A stretch of DNA of 64,000 bases, taken from the NCBI GenBank assembly GCA_040755215.1, contig JBFMBG010000004.1:353-64352 (forward strand), written 5' to 3'. Shown here piece by piece: positions 18,463-27,316 of the stretch. Under the pieces are notes generated by a model. The model did not search any database. It saw nothing but the letters and a program-made list of their open reading frames with translations, and had not been told where the DNA came from. Within the stretch, counting starts at the first letter, position 1, and every line of letters starts with the position of its first letter. Origin of the DNA: Bacillota bacterium. GTDB lineage: Bacteria; Bacillota; Desulfotomaculia; Desulfotomaculales; Nap2-2B. The translations under genes and the position numbers were made by a program.

Positions 18463-20415
18463 CTATGCTTTTTCCACCGCGCCGAATTTGCACTTCTGCA
18501 GGCAGTTGCCGCACTTGATGCACTTGGCCGGGTCGATGACGTGCGGCTGCTTCTTTTCGCCGGTGATGGCGCCGGCCGGGCAGGACCGGGCGCAGTTGCC
18601 GCAGCCGGTGCATTTTTCCGCGTTGATGGTGTAGACCAGCAGGGCCTGGCAGACGTGGGCCGGGCAGCGCTTCTCGACGATGTGCGCCTCGTACTCGTGC
18701 CGGAAGTAGCGCAGCGTGGACAGGATGGGGTTGGGGCAGGTCTGACCCAAACCGCACAGCGCCGTATTCTGCACCACTTTAGACAAACGCTCCAGCGTGT
18801 CCAGGTCTTCGATCCGGCCTTCGCCCGCGCAGATCCGGGTGAGGATTTCCAGCATGCGCTTGGTCCCCTCCCGGCACGGCGTGCATTTGCCGCACGACTC
18901 GGCCTGGGTGAAGTTCAAGAAGAACCTGGCCACGTCCACCATGCAGGTGGTCTCGTCCATTACCACCAGCCCGCCGGAGCCCATGATGGCGCCCGCGGCG
19001 GTCAGGGAATCGTAGTCCACCGGCAGATCCAGCTTTTCGTCGGGCAGGCAGCCGCCGGAAGGGCCGCCGATCTGGACGGCCTTGAACTTTTTGTTGTCCC
19101 GGATGCCGCCGCCCACGCCGAAGATGATTTCCCGCATGGAAATGCCCATGGGCACTTCCACCAGGCCGGTATTGTTGACCTTGCCGGTCAGCGCGAAGAT
19201 TTTCGTCCCTTTGCTCTTTTCCGTGCCCATGGCGGCGTACCAGGCGCCGCCGTTCTTGATGATCAGCGGGACGTTGGCGTAGGTTTCCACGTTGTTTAAG
19301 TTGGTCGGTTTGCCCCACAGCCCTTTCTGGGCGGGGAAGGGCGGCCGCACCCGCGGCATCCCCCGGTTTCCTTCAATGGACGTCAGCAGGGCGGTTTCCT
19401 CGCCGCAGACGAAGGCGCCGGCACCCGCCTTGATTTTAAGGTGGAAGTTGAAACCGGAGTTCAGGATATTGTCGCCGATCAGGCCGTACTGTTCGGCCTG
19501 GGCGATGGCGATTTTCAGCCGGTGGATGGCCAGCGGGTATTCCGCCCGCACGTAGATGTACCCTTCGTCGGCCCCCACGGCGTAGCCGCAGACCAGCATT
19601 CCTTCCAGCACCGCGTGGGGGTCGCCTTCCAAAACGCTGCGGTCCATGAAGGCGCCGGGATCGCCTTCGTCAGCGTTGCAGACGACGTATTTTTTATCCC
19701 CTTGGGCCGCGCGCACGAAGCTCCACTTCATCCCCGTGGGGAAGCCGGCGCCGCCGCGGCCGCGCAATCCCGAGATTTTAACTTCCTCGATGACCTGTTC
19801 CGGGCTCATTTCAAAAAGCGCTTTGGTCAGCGCCAGGTAGCCGCCGCCGGCCACGTAGTCGGCGATATTCTCCGGGTTGATGTGCCCGCAGTTGTGCAGC
19901 ACCAGCCGCTGCTGCCGGGCATAAAACGGAACGGTTTCGTAGGTCAGCGCCCGCTCGCCGGTGGCGGGGTCGACGTAAAGCAAACGTTCCACGACGTTGC
20001 CGTTCACCAAATGTTCGGTCACGATTTCCGGGACGTCCTCCACCTGCACCCGGGTATAGAATATCTTTTGGGGCTCGATAATCATCAGCGGCCCCTGCTC
20101 GCAGAAACCGTGGCAGCCGGTTATTTTCACCGTTATTTGTTCAGTCAGCCCCTGGCGGGCCAGTTCCTCTTCCAAAGCCTCCACCAGGCGCCGGGAGCCG
20201 GAAGAGGTGCAGCCTGTCCCGGCGCAGATTAAAATCTGCCGCCGCGGGGAGTCCGCCGGCAAATGGATGGCGGCCAGCAAGTCCCGGTGTTTGCTGCGGC
20301 AGCTTTCCTCCTCGTGGCACAAAGGCCCCTCCGTCCGGCACCGGACGTAATCCTGGCAGGGGGTGGCCGGGCTGTGGAAGCACTTTTCGCAGCATCTATC
20401 CATTAAAGATTGCAT
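18463..20415 (-). CDS. NuoF/HydB/HylB-like FMN- and NADH-binding subunit
   Basis: SGLRGRGGAGFPTG, CNADEGDPGAFMDR, GAGAFVCGEETAL, ESCGKCTPCREG; C-terminal 2x4Fe-4S; N-terminal thioredoxin-like 2Fe-2S domain. Confidence 0.92.
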   Translation of the reverse strand: MQSLMDRCCEKCFHSPATPCQDYVRCRTEGPLCHEEESCRSKHRDLLAAIHLPADSPRRQILICAGTGCTSSGSRRLVEALEEELARQGLTEQITVKITGCHGFCEQGPLMIIEPQKIFYTRVQVEDVPEIVTEHLVNGNVVERLLYVDPATGERALTYETVPFYARQQRLVLHNCGHINPENIADYVAGGGYLALTKALFEMSPEQVIEEVKISGLRGRGGAGFPTGMKWSFVRAAQGDKKYVVCNADEGDPGAFMDRSVLEGDPHAVLEGMLVCGYAVGADEGYIYVRAEYPLAIHRLKIAIAQAEQYGLIGDNILNSGFNFHLKIKAGAGAFVCGEETALLTSIEGNRGMPRVRPPFPAQKGLWGKPTNLNNVETYANVPLIIKNGGAWYAAMGTEKSKGTKIFALTGKVNNTGLVEVPMGISMREIIFGVGGGIRDNKKFKAVQIGGPSGGCLPDEKLDLPVDYDSLTAAGAIMGSGGLVVMDETTCMVDVARFFLNFTQAESCGKCTPCREGTKRMLEILTRICAGEGRIEDLDTLERLSKVVQNTALCGLGQTCPNPILSTLRYFRHEYEAHIVEKRCPAHVCQALLVYTINAEKCTGCGNCARSCPAGAITGEKKQPHVIDPAKCIKCGNCLQKCKFGAVEKA

Positions 20416-20428
20416 GGTTTCTGCCCCC

Positions 20429-20920
20429 TTACTCGTAATTCTCCAGTATTCCGGCCGCTCTTTCCGGGGTCAGGCGGCCGTGGGTGTCGTCGTTCACCAT
20501 CATGACGGGGGCCAGGCCGCAGGCGCCCAGGCAGGCCACGGTTTCCAGCGTGTAGCGCAGGTCCGGCGTGGTTTCGTTTCTGCCCACGCCCAGGCGCTCA
20601 GAAACGGATTCAAAAACCCGTGCCGCGCCCCGCACGTGGCAGGCCGTTCCCTGGCAGATCCGGATGATGTTCCGCCCCCGCGGTTTTAAGTGGAACTGGG
20701 CATAAAAAGTAGCTACTCCGAAGGTCTTGCTGAAAGGAATCTTCAGCTCGGCCGAAATTTTTTGCATCACTTCCTTCGGAAGGTAGCCGTAAATTTCCTG
20801 GGCCCCCTGGAGGAGCGGGATAAGCGCCCCTTTCACGCTCCGGTACTCCGCAAACAGCTTTTGCAACGCTTCTTCTCTGGCCTTTTCATCTTGCGCGCAG
20901 TGACATCCAGACAAGCTCAT
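20429..20920 (-). CDS. NuoE/HydC/HylC-like 2Fe-2S subunit
   Basis: GVATFYAQF, CQGTACHVRG, CLGACGLAP; SD GGAAGGGGAG before the 20920 start. Confidence 0.92.
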   Translation of the reverse strand: MSLSGCHCAQDEKAREEALQKLFAEYRSVKGALIPLLQGAQEIYGYLPKEVMQKISAELKIPFSKTFGVATFYAQFHLKPRGRNIIRICQGTACHVRGAARVFESVSERLGVGRNETTPDLRYTLETVACLGACGLAPVMMVNDDTHGRLTPERAAGILENYE

Positions 20921-20948
20921 CTCCCCTTCCCAGATATTTTTTAATAAT

Positions 20949-21222
20949 AGGCACAAAGGCAACAGGCACAAAGGCACAAAGGTGTGAACAGGTCTATTTA
21001 GTTCTCTTTGTGGCTCAGTTCCTCAATTTTCATCACGGCAGGCCCAAAGTATCCCTGGCCCTAAGGTACAAAGAATTCAGTTATCAGTCGAAAGTCAAGC
21101 AGACCTCAGTTTAAGGGAGGTTCGCGTTAGCGAATTCCTTCTATCCCGACGACTGACTTCCGATGTCCGACGACTTTTATTTGTGACTTAAGTGCCTTAG
21201 TGCCTTTGTCCCTTTGTGCCTC
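20949..21222. repeat. Nested hairpin elements of 8-nt (GGCACAAA) and 7-nt units
   Basis: GGCACAAA x3 at 20950-20982; complementary TTTGTGCC-type units at 21180-21221; inner AGTCGAA/CGACGAC-type arms around a TTCGC..GCGAA core. Confidence 0.65.
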
Positions 21223-21790
21223 TTACATAAATCACCCGTTTCTCCGTAACCAGGCAGTGCACCGGGCAATCGTAGGGATCGGGCGTGATTTCCGGGCGGA
21301 TTTGCAGCTCGAAGGCCGGGGCGACGTGAAAACAGTCCGGCCTGGTCTGCGGCAGGAAGCGGTCGTAGTAACCGCCGCCGTAGCCCAGGCGGTTTCCTTT
21401 TTCGTCAAAGGCCACGCCCGGCACCACCACCAGGTCGATTTCGGCCAGCTCCACAGGGCGCAGCCGGCCGGGGGCGGGTTCCAGGATGCCCCAGGTGCCC
21501 GGCGCCAGATCCTCCGGAAAATTGAGTAAAAGCGAAGGAATTAACCGCCTGTCCCGGGGATCGGTAAAGGGCACCGCCACCCGTTTGCCCCGGGCCAAAG
21601 ACTCCTTAATCAAACCTTCCGTCCGCACTTCGTTGCGAAAATCCACGTAGGTCATTAAAACGGCTGCCCGGCGGTACTCTTCCAAAGCCAGCAGCCTTTT
21701 TATGATCATTGCGCTTTTGGCGGAAACTTCTTGCTCGGCAAGGGCTAAGCGGGCTTTGAGCGTCTCTTTTCTTATTTCTCTTTTGCGCAT
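21197..21790 (-). CDS. 5-formyltetrahydrofolate cyclo-ligase
   Basis: IDLVVVPGVAFD..GNRLGYGGGYYDRFL. Confidence 0.92.
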   Translation of the reverse strand: MRKREIRKETLKARLALAEQEVSAKSAMIIKRLLALEEYRRAAVLMTYVDFRNEVRTEGLIKESLARGKRVAVPFTDPRDRRLIPSLLLNFPEDLAPGTWGILEPAPGRLRPVELAEIDLVVVPGVAFDEKGNRLGYGGGYYDRFLPQTRPDCFHVAPAFELQIRPEITPDPYDCPVHCLVTEKRVIYVRGTKGQRH

Positions 21791-21967
21791 GAAATTCCTC
21801 CAAAAATCGGGCGAAATTTAACAGAATACCTCCCCTAGCTTATCATAAATGTTGCTTAAAAAAAAGGGGAAAAAGCAGGGCAATTTCAACCGGGTTCTGG
21901 ATAGTTGAGGCAGTTGAAAGCACAATTGTTTTCAAGGCAGGGTTATGGTATTATGAAAGCAAAGTTT

Positions 21968-21985
21968 TTGAGAAGTTGTTCACCA
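21968..21985. promoter_or_regulatory. Rex-like operator upstream of the cyclo-ligase/fdh genes
   Basis: TTGAGAA-GTTG-TTCACCA versus the Rex consensus TTGTGAA-N4-TTCACAA. Confidence 0.45.
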
Positions 21986-22043
21986 AAGATAGACGCCTTT
22001 CCCCGTATTTCTTAATCCTTGAACTTTTTGTTTTTAAGTCTTA

Positions 22044-22376
22044 CGCAGCGGAGTAAATATTCTACGAAACCGCTCACTTTAGCTGGGCCTGGGGGTTGTC
22101 CTGAGCGAACGACTTGCGCAGCGCCGGTAACAGCACCCGGCGAAGCGAGGGTAACCGGACTTGCGGCGCGAAACCAGCGGCACCCAAAAGTTGCGCAAGA
22201 AAGCGAAAATATTCTCTGGGAACAAAGGTACCGTTAGAAATCGAACGGGATCATGCCGCCTTTGCAGCGCCGCTAGTCCGGTCCGAAGCGAGCTGCGGTG
22301 CTGTCGGCGCGAAGCATCGGAGTGAGCCAAGGACAACCCCCAGGCCCTAGCGGGTTTGCTGAATACTTACGCTGCG
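22044..22376. mobile_element. About 330-bp rod-like inverted-repeat element (MITE-like or structured RNA)
   Basis: Successive paired blocks, including the 18-bp perfect pair GGGCCTGGGGGTTGTCCT / AGGACAACCCCCAGGCCC, and terminal CGCAGCG..GTAAATATTC / GAATACTTACGCTGCG. Confidence 0.65.
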
Positions 22377-22405
22377 GATTCGTTTTTGTACGGCGGGTGG
22401 TGAGC

Positions 22406-23749
22406 ATGGACCAAAATACGGGCCGGCAAAGCTTTCCGGGGATCACCAGCATTATCATGGAAAGCATTGCCGACGGAGTTTTCACGGTCGACCGGGAGTG
22501 GCGGATCACCTCTTTTAACCGGGCGGCGGAAGAAATTACCGGTTTTCCGCGCGAGCAGGCCATCGGCCGGTATTGCCGGGAAATTTTTCGGGCCGACATT
22601 TGCGAGACGGGCTGTGCCTTAAGGCAAACAATCGAAACGGGCTGCCCGGTGGTGAACAAGGCGGTTTACATCGTCAACGCAAAGGGGAAAAGGATGCCCA
22701 TCAGCATCAGTACGGGCGTTTTAAAAAACGGCCGGCTGGTCATCGGCGGGGTGGAAACTTTCCGGGACTTAAGCCTGGTGGAGGAACTGCGGAAAGAATT
22801 GTCCGGCCGGTACACCTTTGCCGACATGATCAGTAAAAATTACCGGCTGCAGCAGATTTTTAAGGTCTTGCCCGACATCGCCAAAAGCGACAGCGCCGTG
22901 TTAATCGAGGGGCCCACCGGCTCCGGCAAAGAGCTGCTGGCCAGGGCCATTCACAACTTGAGCCCGCGCCGCCACAAACCTTTTGTGGCGGTCAATTGCG
23001 CCGCCCTGCCCGACACTTTGCTGGAGTCGGAATTGTTCGGCTATGAGGCGGGCGCCTTTACCGACGCCAGGAGAAGCAAGCCCGGCCGCTTCGCCCGCGC
23101 GCAGGGGGGCACGCTTTTGCTGGACGAAATCGGGGACATCCCGGTGCCTTTGCAGGTGAAGCTTTTGCGTGTTTTGCAGGAGAAAGAATACGAGCCCCTG
23201 GGAACCACCCGGCCGGTCAAGGCCGACGTCAGGATTCTGGCGGCCACCAATAAAAACCTGACCGAGCTGATGGAAAGGGGCCTGTTTCGCCGCGACCTGT
23301 ATTACCGGATCAATGTGCTTACGTTGACCCTGCCTCCTTTGCGCGAGCGCCGGGAAGACATCCCTTTGCTGGTTGAACATTTGATCGGCCGGTTCAATCT
23401 CCTCAAGGGTAAGGACGTGGTGGGCATTTCCGAGGAAGCGCTGGCCGTTTTAATGCAACACGATTTTCCGGGCAACGTCAGGGAACTGGAAAATATCATC
23501 GAGCACGCCTTTATCCTGATTAAGGGCGGCCTCATCCAGCCGGAGCATTTGCCCGGCTATTTGCAAAATGCAACCCGGGGGCTGCGGCCTCCGGAAAGGC
23601 AAACCCTGGCGGAGGCGGAAGCCCGCTTGATTTACGAGGCGCTGCTCCGCAACGGCTTTAGACGCCTGGCCACCGCCCGGGAGCTGGGCATCGATAAAAC
23701 CACGCTGTGGCGGAAGATTAAACGCTACGGGATCAAAATTCCCGGGTAA
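22406..23749 (+). CDS. PAS-domain sigma54-dependent transcriptional activator
   Basis: PAS N-terminus, GPTGSGKE, ESELFGYEAGAFTDA, PGNVRELEN, Fis-type HTH. Confidence 0.92.
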   Translation: MDQNTGRQSFPGITSIIMESIADGVFTVDREWRITSFNRAAEEITGFPREQAIGRYCREIFRADICETGCALRQTIETGCPVVNKAVYIVNAKGKRMPISISTGVLKNGRLVIGGVETFRDLSLVEELRKELSGRYTFADMISKNYRLQQIFKVLPDIAKSDSAVLIEGPTGSGKELLARAIHNLSPRRHKPFVAVNCAALPDTLLESELFGYEAGAFTDARRSKPGRFARAQGGTLLLDEIGDIPVPLQVKLLRVLQEKEYEPLGTTRPVKADVRILAATNKNLTELMERGLFRRDLYYRINVLTLTLPPLRERREDIPLLVEHLIGRFNLLKGKDVVGISEEALAVLMQHDFPGNVRELENIIEHAFILIKGGLIQPEHLPGYLQNATRGLRPPERQTLAEAEARLIYEALLRNGFRRLATARELGIDKTTLWRKIKRYGIKIPG

Positions 23750-23825
23750 AAAGAAAATCCCCTGATCCGGGAAATTCCCTGATCCAGAAAGCAGCGGGGC
23801 AGAAACAGCAGAGAAGATACCGCCT

Positions 23826-23879
23826 GGTGCAAAATGAAATATAACGGGGCAGAAAAGGGTGCAAAATGCACCCTTTTCT
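23826..23879. promoter_or_regulatory. Putative enhancer (UAS) pair for the sigma54 activator
   Basis: GGTGCAAAATG occurs twice; the second copy lies in the palindrome AGAAAAGGGTGCA-AAA-TGCACCCTTTTCT. Confidence 0.55.
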
Positions 23880-24073
23880 GCTTGCCGGGGGTATGGGCGG
23901 AGCGGCAAAAGTCCTTGCGGCACCCTGGAAAGATCGCCTTTTTCTCTTCTCGCACGGAATTTGCATAGAGATCCTTGGGCAATGAAGTTTGGGCCGCAAG
24001 CATGCCTTTTATGGGGATCCAGGGTAAAGTTAAGAAACTGTTCGCAAACTGTTCGCAAAGGGGGAGAAAAGAC

Positions 24074-25309
24074 TTGGGAACTATTCCGGCCGGTAAATTA
24101 GATCCCTCCTTCCGGGACGAGATCGTGGTCAGGTTTACCACGGACGGCAAGCCGCTGGATTTTACCAACTGCCTGACTTGCGGGATGTGCAGCGCCGGCT
24201 GCCCGTACAACGGCGTCCACGATCATTCCGACCCGCGGAAATTCGTTACCCAGGTGCTTCTGGGTATGCGCGAGGAGGTGCTCAATTCTACTTTTATCTG
24301 GGCCTGCAACATGTGCGGACGGTGCACCATGCAATGTCCGATGAAGGTGGATATTGCCGGGGTGGTGCGCACCGTGCGGGGCATGCTGGTCAGCCGGGGT
24401 GTATACGCCCCGGGCTTTCTCCAGGACGTGGTGAACGCCCAGATCAACACGGGGAACCAGATGGAAGTGACCCGGGAAGACTATCTGGAAACTCTGGAGT
24501 GGATGGCGGAGGAGACCGCCGCCGAACTCGGCGACCCGGACGTCAAAATCGAGGTGGATAAAGAAGGGGCGGATTATTTATTCCTCTGGGACCCCCGGGA
24601 AATCAAATATTACCCCCAGGACATCGCCAGCATCCTGAAGATTTTCTGGGCCGCCGGGGCCAATTGGACCTGCAGCAGCCGCTGGTGGGACGCCACCCAT
24701 TACGCCTTGTTCAGCGGCGACGACGAGGCTTCCCGGATCATGGTGCAGCGGATTATGGACGAGTACATCCGCCTGAAGGCGAAAACGGTGGTGGTCACCG
24801 AGTGCGGGCACGCCACCCGCGCCCAGATGTGGGGGCGGAAAGTGTGGCTGCACGCCGACTACCCGGTGATCAGCTTTGTTCAGCTGCAGGCGCAGTGGAT
24901 TAAAGAGGGCCGGATCAAGCTCGATCCGACGCGCAACCCCGACCCGGTCACTTTCCACGACCCGTGCAATTCCGTCCGCAAGGAGGGGATTGTGGAAGAA
25001 CCCCGCTACATCCTGCAGCACGCCGTGATGGACTTCCGGGAAATGTGGCCCAACCGGGAATACAACTATTGCTGCGGGGGCGGCGGCGGGCTTTTGTCCA
25101 TGGGCAAGGATATTTACCCGTACCGGATGGCCAAGGGAAAGCTGAAAGCCGAACAAATTGAAAGAACGGGCGCCAAAATCGTCGTCACCCCCTGCCACAA
25201 CTGCTGGGACCAGCTAAACGACATCATCAGGTATTATAAGCTGGATTGCAAATTGAGCCACCTGCACCACCTGGTGAGCAACGCCTTGATTTTGCCGGGG
25301 AAAAACTGA
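24074..25309 (+). CDS. HdrD/DsrK-like Fe-S protein (2x4Fe-4S plus CCG domains)
   Basis: CLTCGMCSAGCP, CNMCGRCTMQCP, ECGHA, HDPCN, CCGGGGG, PCHNC; SD GGGGAG before TTG. Confidence 0.85.
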   Translation: MGTIPAGKLDPSFRDEIVVRFTTDGKPLDFTNCLTCGMCSAGCPYNGVHDHSDPRKFVTQVLLGMREEVLNSTFIWACNMCGRCTMQCPMKVDIAGVVRTVRGMLVSRGVYAPGFLQDVVNAQINTGNQMEVTREDYLETLEWMAEETAAELGDPDVKIEVDKEGADYLFLWDPREIKYYPQDIASILKIFWAAGANWTCSSRWWDATHYALFSGDDEASRIMVQRIMDEYIRLKAKTVVVTECGHATRAQMWGRKVWLHADYPVISFVQLQAQWIKEGRIKLDPTRNPDPVTFHDPCNSVRKEGIVEEPRYILQHAVMDFREMWPNREYNYCCGGGGGLLSMGKDIYPYRMAKGKLKAEQIERTGAKIVVTPCHNCWDQLNDIIRYYKLDCKLSHLHHLVSNALILPGKN

Positions 25310-25350
25310 TTTCCCCGGCTATATTATTTTCCCCCGGAGGTGTGTCGTTC

Positions 25351-26793
25351 TTGCTGAAGACCGCGCAGGAATATGTGGAAAGTCTGAAGAATTTCAACCC
25401 CCGGATTTTTTTAGGGGGCAGGCAGGTAAAGCTGATGGAAAACCCCACCACGCTGACGGTGATTAAGGCCAACGCCCGCGTTTACGAACTGGCGCAGGAC
25501 CCTGCCCGCCGGGAAATAATGACCGCCGTGTCCCCTTACACCGGCGGGCGGATCAGTCGTTGCCTGCACATAGCGCAAAGCGTCGCCGATCTGGAAAAAC
25601 GCGCCGAAATGGCCCTGCTGACCAGCCAGATGCTGGGCACGTGCAATTACCGGTGCGTGGGGGCGGATGCCTTAAACGCTTTGGCCGGCGTGACCTGGGA
25701 AATGGACCGCGACCTGGGCACGGATTACCACCAGCGTTTTACTACCTATCTGAAGCACCTGCAGGAAAACGACCTGGCCTGCAGCGGGGCGGTCACCGAC
25801 GCTAAGGGGGACCGCAGCAAGAGGCCTGCCCAGCAGCCCGACCCCGACGTTTACGTGCACGTATCGGAGAAGAGGCCGGACGGGATCGTGGTGCGCGGGG
25901 CGAAGGTGAGCCAGAGCGGGGCCATCGGCGCCCACGAAACGGTGGTCATCCCCACCATGGGCATGCGCGAGGGGGAGGAAGATTTTGCCGTGGCCTTTGC
26001 CGTGCCCAACGGCGCGCCGGGAATTACCTACATTTGTCAATATAATCCGTTTACTGCCGAGCGGGAAGCGGTCTCGGACATCCGCTACCTGGGCAACCCG
26101 GAGTACGGGCAGCGGGAAACCTGCATCATGGTTTTCGACAACGTTTTCGTTCCCTGGGAAAGGGTCTTCATGTGCGGGGAAACGAAATATTCCGGCCGGC
26201 TGATTGCCCGCTTCGCCAAAACCCACCGGATGAACTGCGGCGGCGCCTGCAAGGTGGGCTTCATCGATTTGATTATCGGGGCGGCACAGCTGGCCGCGGA
26301 ATATTCGGGCGTCCAGAAGGCCCCCCACATTGTCGAAAAAATTACGGACATGATCCGGATCAGCGAAACCTCCCGCGCCTGCACCATTGCCGCCGCCCTC
26401 AAAGGGTCGGAGGAGCCGGCCGGCTCCGGTTTTTACATGCCCAACGACATCTTCGGCAACGTGGCCAAGCTTACCGTGGCGGACGGTTTCTGGGAAGTGA
26501 TGAAGTGGGTGGGCGACATCACCGGCGGGATGGCGGTGACCATGCCCTCTGAAGAGGAACTGAACAACCCCGAATCCGGCCCCTATGTGCGCAAGTTCAT
26601 GGGCGCCTCCGCGCCGGCGGAGCTGCGCCTGCGCCTGGCCAAGTTCGTCCAGAACTGGTGCGCGGGCCTGCACGGGGCGGGCACCTGGCACGGCGCCGGC
26701 TCTCCCCAGGCGCAGAAAATGGTCCTGTATGCCCTGACCGACCTGGAGGAAAAGAAGAAGCTGGCCAAAAACCTGGCCGGGATCAAAGAGTAG
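25351..26793 (+). CDS. 4-hydroxybutyryl-CoA dehydratase-like protein (AbfD/HpaB family)
   Basis: KTAQEYVESL, CNYRCVG, TDAKGDRS, GIVVRGAK, FDNVFVPWERVFMCGE, HR..GGACK, HGAGSPQAQ. Confidence 0.78.
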   Translation: MLKTAQEYVESLKNFNPRIFLGGRQVKLMENPTTLTVIKANARVYELAQDPARREIMTAVSPYTGGRISRCLHIAQSVADLEKRAEMALLTSQMLGTCNYRCVGADALNALAGVTWEMDRDLGTDYHQRFTTYLKHLQENDLACSGAVTDAKGDRSKRPAQQPDPDVYVHVSEKRPDGIVVRGAKVSQSGAIGAHETVVIPTMGMREGEEDFAVAFAVPNGAPGITYICQYNPFTAEREAVSDIRYLGNPEYGQRETCIMVFDNVFVPWERVFMCGETKYSGRLIARFAKTHRMNCGGACKVGFIDLIIGAAQLAAEYSGVQKAPHIVEKITDMIRISETSRACTIAAALKGSEEPAGSGFYMPNDIFGNVAKLTVADGFWEVMKWVGDITGGMAVTMPSEEELNNPESGPYVRKFMGASAPAELRLRLAKFVQNWCAGLHGAGTWHGAGSPQAQKMVLYALTDLEEKKKLAKNLAGIKE

Positions 26794-26881
26794 AGGGCCA
26801 GCTCTTTTGAACGTTAACTTCTGGAAAGCTTTTTGTAAAATATTTTACTCTTTCAACGGAAAATCTCGCCGGAAAAATTTC

Positions 26882-26910
26882 TTGACTTTAGGCTTTTCGC
26901 GCGCTATAAT
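26882..26910 (+). promoter_or_regulatory. sigma-A promoter of the tRNA
   Basis: TTGACT-N17-TATAAT. Confidence 0.85.
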
Positions 26911-26921
26911 TGATCTGGCGG

Positions 26922-26996
26922 GCGGGTGTAGCTCAATGGTAGAGCATCAGCTTCCCAAGCTGAGGGTTGCGGGTTCGATCCCCGTCACCCGCTCCA
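26922..26996 (+). tRNA. tRNA-Gly(CCC)
   Basis: GCGGGTG/CACCCGC acceptor stem, TCAGC-TTCCCAA-GCTGA anticodon arm, GGTTCGATCC T-loop, encoded CCA. Confidence 0.97.
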
Positions 26997-27006
26997 GTTT
27001 CTAGTG

Positions 27007-27032
27007 AAAAACTACCCGGATGGTAGTTTTTT
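27007..27032 (+). terminator. tRNA terminator
   Basis: AAAAACTACC-CGGAT-GGTAGTTTTTT. Confidence 0.8.
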
Positions 27033-27316
27033 AACTTGCCCCGCACCGTAATATACCTTTGCATTTCCTGAAGACCTTGATCTTACTCCAGTTTTATGGC
27101 AATTTCGGGGCGATCTAAGAATGACCTGCCCTTATGGGCAGGTTTCTTGTTTTTTTCAGGGCGAAAAAAAATTTTTGCCCAGACACAATGTGACACTTTT
27201 CCCGAAGGGGAATTAGCCGTCCATGTTAAAAAATGGTTTGATCGATCCACAAAATAATTGTTAAATAAATGATTGGGCATTTATGTCTTTATTTGCGGGA
27301 GAGGAGAATTATTGCC

